This document shows, piece after piece, positions 1 through 10,767 of a stretch of DNA of 64,000 bases (positions are counted from its first letter, which is position 1; each line of letters starts with the position of its first letter). Source of the DNA: Paramoeba atlantica. Taxonomy: Eukaryota > Protista > Discosea. Below the pieces are notes generated by a model. The model saw only the letters and a program-made list of their open reading frames with translations, did not search any database and was not told the origin of the DNA. Position numbers and translations under genes: made by a program. The stretch spans positions 62,001 through 126,000 of the forward strand of contig CDRNVI010000047.1 in assembly GCA_977017575.1 (NCBI GenBank). The letters are read 5' to 3'.

Positions 1-131
1 CGCCTTCCAATTCAGAGTTTAGTAGTGCCTACTATTTTACTTTCACACAATACTTTTCCTTTATCTTCCTGAACTCTTCCTCAGGGTATTCCGAACCTGC
101 TGGTGGAAACACATCTTCCGCCCAACTCTTA

Positions 132-1301
132 CTATGAAGGCGCCCTCTTTCCACCAGTTTTCGCAATCTTCCCGCACAGCGTGACTTTAGCCTCGGCGCC
201 ACGCTTGGGTGCTGGATTGGTTTTCGTCTTTCCCTTTTCCAAGGTTCTATGTTTTATCAGCTTTTCCAAGGATTCGTCGATTTGTGATGCGTTGGAATCA
301 TTACTTGTTTTTCTCTTTTTCTGCTCAGGCGGTCGAGGAACTTTTCGCGCTGCAATCAGTGCTAACCCATCTGCCTCGTCGTTCCATTTATTTCCTGAGT
401 GACCCTTGACTTTGCACATATATATTGAGTACAAATCATGTTTTAAGGACCGTAATTTTCCGTCTAACTGGGAGAACAAATCTCCATTTAAAACTCCCTT
501 GTAACCAACGATTCGCCGCCGATATCGAAGATTGTGAAAGAAGTCCCATAGATAGTAAGAGTCTGTATGAAACAGACAAGCGCATGGTTTTGACGGCAGT
601 TGGAGAAGGGCATGCTGAAAAGCTAAGATCTCTACTCGCTCAATAGTGTCTGATTCCAATGGTATGGATATCCGTGAGGGTTCGCATCGTGGTTTTAGAA
701 CTACGATACCTATGCCACTTCGAATCTCTTTCGTATTTTTCATCGGCAGAACAGAGCCATCGGTATAGATTTGTATGGCTTTATAGGCTGGAAAAGGCAC
801 ATTTGATTCTTCAACGAACTGTAATTCTGAAGGACTTTTTCGTTTTTTAGCTTTGGCAAGAGCAGTTTTCCACTTTGCTGACCCAATTTTTTCGTATTCT
901 ATGAGCGGTTCAAGTTCACGTCGCAATTTTTCTGTCAGACGATACCAGTGTTCACGGTCTGACGCAAATACCAATGCCTCTTCCAGTGTAATGTTAAGAT
1001 CCTTGAAGCAAGCCTCGCTTGGAGATAAATTGCGTGCATTCGGGCGTTGTTTCCACTGTACAAGCTCTTGAAAATCACTGGAGTGCCTCAGCATGTGCCC
1101 TACGAGCTTGGCCCTCTGAACCTTGTGTATAGTAGAAAAGCGCTCAGTTTCAAGATACAGAGAAGCATTCGGGTAGCTCATTCCGTATTCATCTAATCTG
1201 TTGCATTGGCAAACTATTCTTCTCATGTTGTTAACTTCAACGTCAATTCTTCGGAGCATGGATTTTGAAATAGAAAGTGCACCTGTCCCAAAGTTTAGCA
1301 C
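132..1301 (-). pseudogene. 5'-truncated LINE: C-terminal region with RNase H domain
   Basis: RNase H motifs IYTDGS, VEILA, HTDSYY and KVKGHSGNKWNDEAD. Homologous to the C-terminus of the LINE at 23605-27707 (VEVNNMRR vs CEVNRMRR). Homology continues to about 1319, where R1 begins. Confidence 0.85.
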
Positions 1302-1360
1302 CGGATATACTATTGAATCGTTGTTGTTGTTCGTGTCAATCGTTCGACGCTGTTGTTGTG

Positions 1361-1379
1361 TTTTTTTTTTTTTTTTTAG
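1361..1379 (+). promoter_or_regulatory. Polypyrimidine tract + AG, putative trans-splice acceptor
   Basis: T17 followed by AG, 8 nt upstream of ATG 1388. Confidence 0.5.
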
Positions 1380-1387
1380 TCTTACTG

Positions 1388-4300
1388 ATGGGAATGTTCA
1401 CCCGCAGCCGGGCGAAAGAAAGGGGATTAGCTCCCGTTGTCCAACCGCTACCGCCCACACGCCGAAAGAAAAAGCCGGAGGAACAACCATCGGAAACCCG
1501 TGCCCCCCCACCACCGTCGTCGCCGCCGCCGCCACAACAACAACAGCCACCCCATTCAGCACCACGAAAGACACCCTCACAACGAACTTCTCCTCCGCCG
1601 CTGCCGCGATTGCCTTCTCTGCTGCGCACGCCGTCCGACACATCGCCGCGGGCGCAGATAACAACTCCGCCACTGCCTCGCCCACTCTCCCCCAATTTAG
1701 CTCACGAGGCATACGCGGCGGTAAATTCGTCACGATCGTCCTCAGTTCCTCGGCCGCACGAGCTGATCCACACAGCGACGCGGGCTCAGCCGTCCCGTCC
1801 ACCATTGCCGCGTCCACTCTCTCCCCCTCCCGCCCACAATTCTATCGCGCCAGCGAATCCGCATCCATCGCCCGAAAGCCAAAAAAGTAGCAGTTTGAAA
1901 ATTAAAATCACATCAACTCGAGATCTAATCAAAAGGCGGAGTGGAAAGATGCCAGAGCCAACCCAAAATCAGGCTCAAGCATTAATCAATCAAATGGCGG
2001 ACACTCAATTATCTCCTAATATCAAACAAAATCAAACATACGCAGAACAAGCGCGAAAGGTAATTTCGAAAACGCCTGCGAACCAAACTGAGGAGCACGA
2101 GGAGACACTCGATGAACTTATAGCCCGACCTCTGAACCCAACTGCAAAAATTATGACTGAATGCCCAGTTGAATATCGGCGCAGACGCAGAGAAGAGAGG
2201 CGAGAATGCCACCGACGTATAGCGCTTGCGATGAGCACACGCACGCCATCCTCAGCTGAAATGACAGACGGAGAAACAATAACGATACCGTCGTCTCTTT
2301 CGCACCACACTCGCACAGCACAACATGAGCTTTCAACGGTTCAAGCAGGAAACCAACAGGTCGAAGCGCATGCCATCCAAGAAAACGTACGCCCCTCTGC
2401 TGTTACACAATCGGCCTCCGAAAACATGCATCCTCCTCCTTTTATTCCACCAACTATCGATGAACTTAACCCTACAAACGATGGAGACTGTTCAGACAAC
2501 CCGGCGTCCTTTCATGACTGTGAATCACCTCCCTCCAGCAAAAGAACACAACACCAGACAACATCAGAACAGGATAACACCAATCAAGTCGTAACAGAAA
2601 TGCTGGAAACTATCAATCCACAACTGCATTTTCCGCAAACATTTGATGCTATTCTAGGAACGATGAAATCAGCCAAGACGGGAAATATCTGCATGGTTGC
2701 CTGGAGCTTTCAGAACCAAACTTCGCTAAATGTATCCGAAGGCACAGTCATTGGAGTACGATCCCGTGGAGGATGCAAGAAAAGCACGCTGCAGTACATT
2801 GGCATTGCTGGACACAAGCAGGGACACACGTTTCAAGGTTTCTTACCGCCACAAGCAAATGTTAGAGTCTACATGATACGATGGAAGATATCGCAAGACC
2901 GCAACACTTCCGAAAGTCCAATCGGATATCCAAACGAGCCCCATCAAGAGGCAAGCCTCGCATCGAATGAAAATTCACGCAATCAATGGACAGAGCAAGA
3001 CACCGATCATCTTCCCATTCCGACCTGCCGAACCATATCGGCAGAATTTGCGCCGAGGGTGGTTGCAGTGTATCGTGAAATAATCAGAATGTATCAACAA
3101 AGCGATTATCTTGAAAGAAACAGAATCTGGCATCGTGCATTGTCGGCTATGAAATTCTCTTTGGCTGAGGCGCGAAAGAGCTACGTCAGAAAACGGCGCC
3201 GCAAACCTATAATTACCGGACATGAGGCAATAGAAGACGAACAGTTAGCTGGCGACTTACGTGCTATAAAACGAGCCACTCGATTAGCCCTTGAGGGAAG
3301 CGTGACGAAGGCCGCCAAGATAATGGGCCAAAGCTTTAAGCGGAGCAAATTAACTGACAAAGAGACACTAGAAAAACTTTTAGCTTTACATCCCCAGCAT
3401 CCTTGCGCTTTCCCACTGCCAACTGATGCCCCTGTCATTGCAGGGATAAATGCCGAAGAGCTTAGAAGCGCCGGACGACGATTGGCGAGAGGAGCTAACC
3501 CAGGCCCGACTGGTACCACAGACATAGTAGTACGATTGCTACTAGATGACGAAATCTGCTGCAACAGTCTTGTCATCATGGTGGAAGACCTTGTCAACGG
3601 TTTCTTGAATGATGGAGTTATGAATCGACTAAATCGATCACGCCTCGTCGCAATTAGCAAATCAGAAACAGAAGTCAGACCGGTAGCAATGGGTGAAGTG
3701 ATCACAAAGCTTGCAGGAATAACTCTCCTACAGCGGTACGAAAACACGCTAGCGCCATTATTTGAACCCATACAGCATGGGGTACTCTCCCGTGCTGGGT
3801 GCGAAAAGATTGTGCACACACTGCATAACAAGTACGAAAAAGGACAGTGCATTCTTTCGCTCGATCTCAAGAACGCCTTTAACACCCCATCCAGAATTGA
3901 CATCGCAAAAGCCGTGTTTGCTTTTTCAGCGATGAGACCTTTCCAACGCCTCTTTCATGCTGAGTACTCCAGGGAATCTGAACTGTTGTATTACGGAACA
4001 GATGGGCAGCTTGCGGGAGTAGTACCGAGCACAGCTGGAGTGCGACAGGGCTCACCGTTGGCTACCCTTTACTTCTGTACTCTTATGCAACCAATCTTGG
4101 AGACAATGTCAATGGAATTCCCGGAAGTCAAAATTTTCGCGTACATTGACGATGTGAATCTGTGCTCTTCCAATAAAGCCCAACTCGAATCAGCATTTTT
4201 CCGTTTCAAAGAATTGATCGAGGATAAAAAGTTGGTTCTTTCCTCATCCAAATGTGTTTGGTTCGGGGGGGCATCTGGGGCACAGATACCTATAAAACTG

Positions 4301-5614
4301 GAACAGTGCGGAGTGAAGACAGAAGAAAAAGCGATCAAGATTCTTGGAGCGTACATAGGTAACAATGCAACCATCAAAGAGAAGCTGATGCAGAAGCTTG
4401 AGAAACATAACGAAATTTTTAGACGCCTCAAGATAATGGGTCCGAACAATATTTCACTCCGACTTCTCTCCAAATCAGTGAACGTCCGACACTCTTACTT
4501 CATGCGCGTGCACGCCCCGGACAATACTCAAGATTCGGCACTTCAGTTCGATAAAGAGGTAGGAGATGTATTGAAACATTGGTTGGGACCATTGGACCAA
4601 GAGCAAATGGAGCTAGCACGACTCCCCGTTAGCGAAGGCGGGTTGGGTCTTACTGCATGTAATTCGATACGACGCGCAGCTTACGCAGCATCACGACAAA
4701 CGATTTTCGAGCGCCATAATTCTTTTTCAGCTCAGATTGTCAATCGAAATGCTGTGCGTGCGTCAGAAGAAATACGAAACAGCACAGACACCAATGAAGC
4801 GAGCGAACGATCCCAGAAGCTATCCCACATAGCAAGGTCCACAACCTTCAAAGGAAATTACGACTGGCTGCAGTCAACTGCAAAGTTGGTACCGTCACAT
4901 CTTTTTAGGCTAGCGGTATTACCGAGATTAGGAATGCCCCTCCAATCGTCAATGAAAGAAATTCGATGCCCCGGATGCCAAACTGAACTCAACCAACATT
5001 CGGTTCTGACCCATCTACCAGGATGCACTCAATGCAAGGGAATAAATGCCTCATTCAAACATAACACCCTGGTTCGCTACATACACAAGATGTGTCTAAA
5101 TGCAGGAATTCCTTGCGAGAAAGAGCCTCGAAGATTCAGCTCAGTTCACTGCACTACATGCCGGGCACCCATCACCGAAGAAACAAGCTACAACCACTCG
5201 AAAGTGTGTGCTGGTAGACAGACTCATCGCAATGGGCCTGATTTGGTTATCCATTGGCAAAGCGGAGAAATCTACTACGATCTGACCGTCATTCATGAGC
5301 TAGCGCCGTCGCGAATTCAACAAAAATGTGGACGCCTCATTAATGAAGCCATTAAACGGAAGCAAGCAACGTACGTCGCATCCGGATTGATTCCCGCATT
5401 ATCTTTTCAGTGTCTTCCAGTACTTTCAGGAGGATCCTTGCATAAGAATTTGAAGAATCTACTGGATACTCTAGCAGATGCGTCGGTAGTAAGCAGGTAT
5501 CACGTGGCGCTCGAATTTAAACTCATACTCCAAGAAATGAACGGCCTAATTGTATACGATCAGATGCGCAAATATATGCCATGGGACAGCACGGAACGAA
5601 GATTGAGCATGTAG
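1388..5614 (+). CDS. R1 polyprotein (1408 aa): Pro-rich N-terminus, RT, two Zn knuckles, restriction-like endonuclease
   Basis: RT motifs VRPVAMGE, LDLKNAFN, GVRQGSPL, AYIDD. C-terminal CPGC..H..C, KHNTLV, GPDLV, YYDLTVIH. Start placed at the ATG after the acceptor; the N-terminus matches the paralogous start at 44999. Confidence 0.9.
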   Translation: MGMFTRSRAKERGLAPVVQPLPPTRRKKKPEEQPSETRAPPPPSSPPPPQQQQPPHSAPRKTPSQRTSPPPLPRLPSLLRTPSDTSPRAQITTPPLPRPLSPNLAHEAYAAVNSSRSSSVPRPHELIHTATRAQPSRPPLPRPLSPPPAHNSIAPANPHPSPESQKSSSLKIKITSTRDLIKRRSGKMPEPTQNQAQALINQMADTQLSPNIKQNQTYAEQARKVISKTPANQTEEHEETLDELIARPLNPTAKIMTECPVEYRRRRREERRECHRRIALAMSTRTPSSAEMTDGETITIPSSLSHHTRTAQHELSTVQAGNQQVEAHAIQENVRPSAVTQSASENMHPPPFIPPTIDELNPTNDGDCSDNPASFHDCESPPSSKRTQHQTTSEQDNTNQVVTEMLETINPQLHFPQTFDAILGTMKSAKTGNICMVAWSFQNQTSLNVSEGTVIGVRSRGGCKKSTLQYIGIAGHKQGHTFQGFLPPQANVRVYMIRWKISQDRNTSESPIGYPNEPHQEASLASNENSRNQWTEQDTDHLPIPTCRTISAEFAPRVVAVYREIIRMYQQSDYLERNRIWHRALSAMKFSLAEARKSYVRKRRRKPIITGHEAIEDEQLAGDLRAIKRATRLALEGSVTKAAKIMGQSFKRSKLTDKETLEKLLALHPQHPCAFPLPTDAPVIAGINAEELRSAGRRLARGANPGPTGTTDIVVRLLLDDEICCNSLVIMVEDLVNGFLNDGVMNRLNRSRLVAISKSETEVRPVAMGEVITKLAGITLLQRYENTLAPLFEPIQHGVLSRAGCEKIVHTLHNKYEKGQCILSLDLKNAFNTPSRIDIAKAVFAFSAMRPFQRLFHAEYSRESELLYYGTDGQLAGVVPSTAGVRQGSPLATLYFCTLMQPILETMSMEFPEVKIFAYIDDVNLCSSNKAQLESAFFRFKELIEDKKLVLSSSKCVWFGGASGAQIPIKLEQCGVKTEEKAIKILGAYIGNNATIKEKLMQKLEKHNEIFRRLKIMGPNNISLRLLSKSVNVRHSYFMRVHAPDNTQDSALQFDKEVGDVLKHWLGPLDQEQMELARLPVSEGGLGLTACNSIRRAAYAASRQTIFERHNSFSAQIVNRNAVRASEEIRNSTDTNEASERSQKLSHIARSTTFKGNYDWLQSTAKLVPSHLFRLAVLPRLGMPLQSSMKEIRCPGCQTELNQHSVLTHLPGCTQCKGINASFKHNTLVRYIHKMCLNAGIPCEKEPRRFSSVHCTTCRAPITEETSYNHSKVCAGRQTHRNGPDLVIHWQSGEIYYDLTVIHELAPSRIQQKCGRLINEAIKRKQATYVASGLIPALSFQCLPVLSGGSLHKNLKNLLDTLADASVVSRYHVALEFKLILQEMNGLIVYDQMRKYMPWDSTERRLSM

Positions 5615-5679
5615 GAAATAAAGGATCACGTTACTGGCCAGGGGCGCTTCTAGTGTAAATCAGTAGTTTAGGCTGTTGG

Positions 5680-6190
5680 TTTAGAGTAGAAGCGTTGGGG
5701 CTTAGCGCACCTCGCCACCCGAGCTGCAAACTTCCATTGAAGCGATAAAATTACAAAACAAAATATATAAAGTCCATATTTCATCATCATAAAGAGAAAA
5801 AGAAAAAGAAAAAGAAAATCTTAATGGATAGTTCTTGGATAGTTGGGTTGCTGTTCGTCTGTTGTAGGTGTAGATTTCTCTTCGTAAATTGAGAGAAGGG
5901 GGGAAGGTGAACATTTCTCACATACAAGTAAAAAAAAAAATTTAGAGTAGAAGCGTTGGGGCTTAGCGCACCTCGCCACCCGAGCTGCAAACTTCCATTG
6001 AAGCGATAAAATTACAAAACAAAATATATAAAGTCCATATTTCATCATCATAAAGAGAAAAAGAAAAAGAAAAAGAAAATCTTAATGGATAGTTCTTGGA
6101 TAGTTGGGTTGCTGTTCGTCTGTTGTAGGTGTAGATTTCTCTTCGTAAATTGAGAGAAGGGGGGAAGGTGAACATTTCTCACATACAAGT
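5680..6190 (+). repeat. Direct tandem duplication (261-bp period) of the R1 3' end
   Basis: 5680-5929 is repeated at 5941-6190; each copy is followed by an A tract. Confidence 0.95.
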
Positions 6191-6209
6191 GACTCAAAAA
6201 AAAAAAAAA

Positions 6210-6948
6210 TTGTAAGACCTTTCCTTATTGTAAGACCTTTCCTTATTGTAAGACCTTTCCTTATTGTAAGACCTTTCCTTATTGTAAGACCTTTCCTTAT
6301 TGTAAGACCTTTCCTTATTGTAAGACCTTTCCTTATTGTAAGACCTTTCCTTATTGTAAGACCTTTCCTTATTGTAAGACCTTTCCTTATTGTAAGACCT
6401 TTCCTTATTGTAAGACCTTTCCTTATTGTAAGACCTTTCCTTATTGTAAGACCTTTCCTTATTGTAAGACCTTTCCTTATTGTAAGACCTTTCCTTATTG
6501 TAAGACCTTTCCTTATTGTAAGACCTTTCCTTATTGTAAGACCTTTCCTTATTGTAAGACCTTTCCTTATTGTAAGACCTTTCCTTATTGTAAGACCTTT
6601 CCTTATTGTAAGACCTTTCCTTATTGTAAGACCTTTCCTTATTGTAAGACCTTTCCTTATCGTAAGACCTTTCCTTATTGTAAGACCTTTCCTTATTGTA
6701 AGACCTTTCCTTATTGTAAGACCTTTCCTTATTGTAAGACCTTTCCTTATTGTAAGACCTTTCCTTATTGTAAGACCTTTCCTTATTGTAAGACCTTTCC
6801 TTATTGTAAGACCTTTCCTTATTGTAAGACCTTTCCTTATTGTAAGACCTTTCCTTATTGTAAGACCTTTCCTTATTGTAAGACCTTTCCTTATTGTAAG
6901 ACCTTTCCTTATTGTAAGACCTTTCCTTATTGTAAGACCTTTCCTTAT
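6210..6948. repeat. 18-bp tandem array (TTGTAAGACCTTTCCTTA)n
   Basis: About 41 near-perfect units read directly. Confidence 0.99.
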
Positions 6949-8459
6949 CCTTTTGTCTTAACAAAACTACGATTATTTTTTTTTGATATCTAGGGAGTTT
7001 ACGTGTCACTTCTCCTTTTTTTTATTCATTGGGATTGCCTGCATTGGTTAAATCAGACTTCTCTTCTTCTCTCTCATATTAAAAACCATATTCCTTTTCC
7101 TGCATATTGGAAGAAAGAAACGGACGCATGTGAGCATGCGTTGTTGTTCCGTTTAGTTCCTGGAGATGCAGAATAAAATGTTGAATCACATCTTCTCTAG
7201 GCATTTGGCAACGGTCCGCGAGCGCGTATAGTAGATTGCGTGTGTTTTTATGAAGTGCCCCTCCGGCGAGCATCGGTATGCATTCGAATTGTCCTGATTC
7301 GATCAAACCTGATGCGACATAGGTGTTTTGCTTGCGGGAGATCGCGTCACGCATGAGTTGGGGGGCCTTTTTGCCTTGATGCGATGGGGCCAATTCATGA
7401 ACCACGGTGAGGTCATAGAATTTTTCCCCAGAAGCCCAGTAGACAACAAGGTCTGGCCCTGTGCGATGCATGCGTCCCGTAGTACACCTCTTCATGTGCT
7501 CATTTTTAAGACGTTCGGCGACTGTTTCGGAGCACTTCATACACTTGTAAGATGTGAACTGTCGTGGTTCGCGTTCAGCCGGCAATCCTGCTTTGAGGCA
7601 CAGCCCATATATATAGCGTACGAGGGCATTGTGTTTAGTTGTAGCGTTGATTCCCGGACATTTCGTACATGCAGGGATGTGCCGCAGTGCTGTGGCTGAG
7701 TCATATGTGACTTGACACCCCGGACATTGTACGTTTGGTGGTAAGTTCGGATGTGGTAGATTGAATCGCGACAGTATGGCGAAAGTGAATTGCTGTGAAG
7801 GAACGAAACGTGCAGTGTACATCAGCCACTCGTGGTTCCCCTTTTCGCTTGCGGACAGGATGGCAGACGCCGTCTTTGGGTTCAACATGAGACGTGTATG
7901 AATGTTTTCGTGGTATAATGCAGTGTTGGCCTTAGAGTCCGTAATCGAATTCTCGCCGACGGGTTTAGGGGCCGCTAGTAAGCACTCCCGAGCTGAATTA
8001 AGATTAAAATGCTCAAGAGAGATGCTTTTAGAGGTCTCGTATGCCGTTTGGCGAAAGGGTTCTGTTGGACTCAGGCCTAAGCCACCTTTCTTTAGTGGCA
8101 GCCGCATCCATAAAATTTGCTCGGCAGTTAGGTTGCCAAACCATGACTGTAATACGCTGTTAACCTTTTCGTCAAAATTTCTGGTCAGGTCAAGGGAGGC
8201 TTGTGGGGGGTGCACCCTTATGTGGTAATTTTGCCTTACATTAACGCTTTTCGATAGTAACCGTAGTGAAATATTATTAGCGCCCATGGCCTCCAGCCTC
8301 CGGAAAATGGTGTCATGTTTTTCGAGTTGTTGAACTAATTTCGAACTCACGGATTGATTCTCCCCAACAAAGGCACCGAGAAATTTAGCGGCTTTAGCTT
8401 CTGTTGAAGTGCCTTGACACTCTAGAGTATCAGGCATGGCGATGTCATTCTTCCCGGTG
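6949..8459 (-). mobile_element. R2: 5'-truncated CRE-like RLE non-LTR element (post-RT region, Zn knuckles, RLE, 3' UTR)
   Basis: ORF 7079-8488 aligns with the C-termini of R1 and R3 (FLGAFVG, CPGC, KHNALV, GPDLV, FYDLTVVH). The RT catalytic core is absent. Confidence 0.88.
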
Positions 8460-8506
8460 GAATTGTTCATCATCGTATTTGTAATCAATAGAAAGATACA
8501 ACAACA
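8460..8506 (-). mobile_element. Orphan right-end (B) fragment of a V1-family YR element
   Basis: GTATCTTTCTATTGATTACAAATACGATGATGAACAATTC on the minus strand is identical to the V1 right end at 18449-18488. Confidence 0.85.
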
Positions 8507-9409
8507 TTCCTTATTGTAAGACCTTTCCTTATTGTAAGACCTTTCCTTATTGTAAGACCTTTCCTTATTGTAAGACCTTTCCTTATTGTAAGACCTTTCC
8601 TTATTGTAAGACCTTTCCTTATTGTAAGACCTTTCCTTATTGTAAGACCTTTCCTTATTGTAAGACCTTTCCTTATTGTAAGACCTTTCCTTATTGTAAG
8701 ACCTTTCCTTATTGTAAGACCTTTCCTTATTGTAAGACCTTTCCTTATTGTAAGACCTTTCCTTATTGTAAGACCTTTCCTTATTGTAAGACCTTTCCTT
8801 ATTGTAAGACCTTTCCTTATTGTAAGACCTTTCCTTATTGTAAGACCTTTCCTTATTGTAAGACCTTTCCTTATTGTAAGACCTTTCCTTATTGTAAGAC
8901 CTTTCCTTATTGTAAGACCTTTCCTTATTGTAAGACCTTTCCTTATTGTAAGACCTTTCCTTATTGTAAGACCTTTCCTTATTGTAAGACCTTTCCTTAT
9001 TGTAAGACCTTTCCTTATTGTAAGACCTTTCCTTATTGTAAGACCTTTCCTTATTGTAGGACCTTTCCTTATTGTAAGACCTTTCCTTATTGTAAGACCT
9101 TTCCTTATTGTAAGACCTTTCCTTATTGTAAGACCTTTCCTTATTGTAAGACCTTTCCTTATTGTAAGACCTTTCCTTATTGTAAGACCTTTCCTTATTG
9201 TAAGACCTTTCCTTATTGTAAGACCTTTCCTTATTGTAAGACCTTTCCTTATTGTAAGACCTTTCCTTATTGTAAGACCTTTCCTTATTGTAAGACCTTT
9301 CCTTATTGTAAGACCTTTCCTTATTGTAAGACCTTTCCTTATTGTAAGACCTTTCCTTATTGTAAGACCTTTCCTTATTGTAAGACCTTTCCTTATTGTA
9401 AGACCTTTC
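8507..9409. repeat. 18-bp tandem array
   Basis: About 50 units; ends at ...ACCTTTC, where V1 begins. Confidence 0.99.
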
Positions 9410-9604
9410 TTATAGTTTACGAAAAGAATTGTTTGAAGAGGATTTGCAGGTTTTCTATATTATAGAGGGTATGTGTGGCCCTACGGGGCACATAATAATA
9501 TTTTATTATGATCTATTAATATGTGATAAATATGTGTATAGAAAAATTACAATTGTCACCTTGTAGTTTGTTTTTCACTCCCTATTCGCGTAAGGAAAGT
9601 TGCT

Positions 9605-10744
9605 ATGACTTCATCGTCGCGTTCTTTACGGAATTTACGGAGTGTGTCACCCGGTGCAGACGAGCTCGCGCCTACCGAGCCGCTGCCTGCACAGGCTTTG
9701 AATCAACTATGTACGGTTGTGAGAGAAAAGTTACTTGTTGCTCAAGGTGAAAGACCAAGTGTAAGAGTTCGTGCGGTATTTCGCAGGAAGGATGAACCGA
9801 ACGAGCCCACACAGATGCTGGAGGGGAAGATACGAAAGGAAGGATTGGAGTTGTGGGGGGTATGGTCCGACGAGCCAAATAAGGAGTATCCCTTTCCCTA
9901 CAGCGAGTTGAACTATTATCGAGTTGACATTCAGGACGAAATACGTATTACGGAATCCGAAAACTTGCGTACTTCTAATGATCCGACTGCGGTATTACCG
10001 CGAACACAGACTATGACATCTCGAGTTCCACGTCCGGTGACTACTACTGACCATGGAGAACAGGGATTGCCAGGAGACCTTTCTGCTAGTGAAACGACGC
10101 CCCCCATTCTTGATCCCAATGCACTGGACCCGTACGAACCAATCACTTACGAACCATGGCTTCTAACATTGGATGAGGGTGGCTTTCGTACCCGAGACTT
10201 AATGCGCGAGTTGCGTGACGCTCCCGAGTTTGGATTAAGGGTCAATCAGTTCTTCCAGGATCGTTCTTTTGTGAAACAACAGGAGCGGAATTTTACGGGG
10301 ATCTTTTGCAAGTGGATCGTATTGGCCCGTCAGACGCCCGGATGGAATCAGGGGGCTTTTATAGAAATGGGAAGAGCCATTGTTCAGATGCTTCGGGATG
10401 CATACTGGCGTGCACGTCGTGTTGATGTAGAGTTGGTCCACGAAAAATTACAGAAGGAGGTTCGGCCGAACGATAAATTTTACCATCACGTAAGCGATCA
10501 GCTTGCTGAACGACAGAAGCACTATGCTCGCGCGTACACGACCTACACGGCGCAATCTACGGCAGCTCGTTCATATCCTCAAGATTCGGGGTTTACCCGA
10601 CCACCTACAACATTTCGCAGAGGAGGGCTTTGCTTCGGATGTCGCTCGCCTGACCACATGTGGCGGAACTGCCCAAAACGCTTCCAACAGCCGGATTTTC
10701 GTTCAAGGGTGGCTGGCCCTGCGCACAGCGGCAAGAACTTCTGA
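9605..10744 (+). CDS. V1 Gag-like protein with C-terminal CCHC zinc knuckle
   Basis: CFGCRSPDHMWRNC; homologous to the V2 and V5 ORF1s. Confidence 0.88.
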   Translation: MTSSSRSLRNLRSVSPGADELAPTEPLPAQALNQLCTVVREKLLVAQGERPSVRVRAVFRRKDEPNEPTQMLEGKIRKEGLELWGVWSDEPNKEYPFPYSELNYYRVDIQDEIRITESENLRTSNDPTAVLPRTQTMTSRVPRPVTTTDHGEQGLPGDLSASETTPPILDPNALDPYEPITYEPWLLTLDEGGFRTRDLMRELRDAPEFGLRVNQFFQDRSFVKQQERNFTGIFCKWIVLARQTPGWNQGAFIEMGRAIVQMLRDAYWRARRVDVELVHEKLQKEVRPNDKFYHHVSDQLAERQKHYARAYTTYTAQSTAARSYPQDSGFTRPPTTFRRGGLCFGCRSPDHMWRNCPKRFQQPDFRSRVAGPAHSGKNF

Positions 10745-10767
10745 CAAAGTCCCACCCAAACGGCCAG
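10693..10767 (+). promoter_or_regulatory. Putative -1 ribosomal frameshift signal plus gag stop (recoding cassette)
   Basis: G GAT TTT, 7-nt spacer, GGGTGG/CCACCC and CTGGCC/GGCCAG helices; TGA at 10742. Conserved with covariation in V2, V4, V5 and V6. Confidence 0.75.

Larger units (their letters stand above)
1320..6209 (+). mobile_element. R1: CRE/SLACS/CZAR-like non-LTR retrotransposon (RLE endonuclease), apparently full length
   Basis: Single long RT+RLE ORF, 3' UTR, and A14 tail (6196-6209) joined directly to the 18-bp array. Confidence 0.85.
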
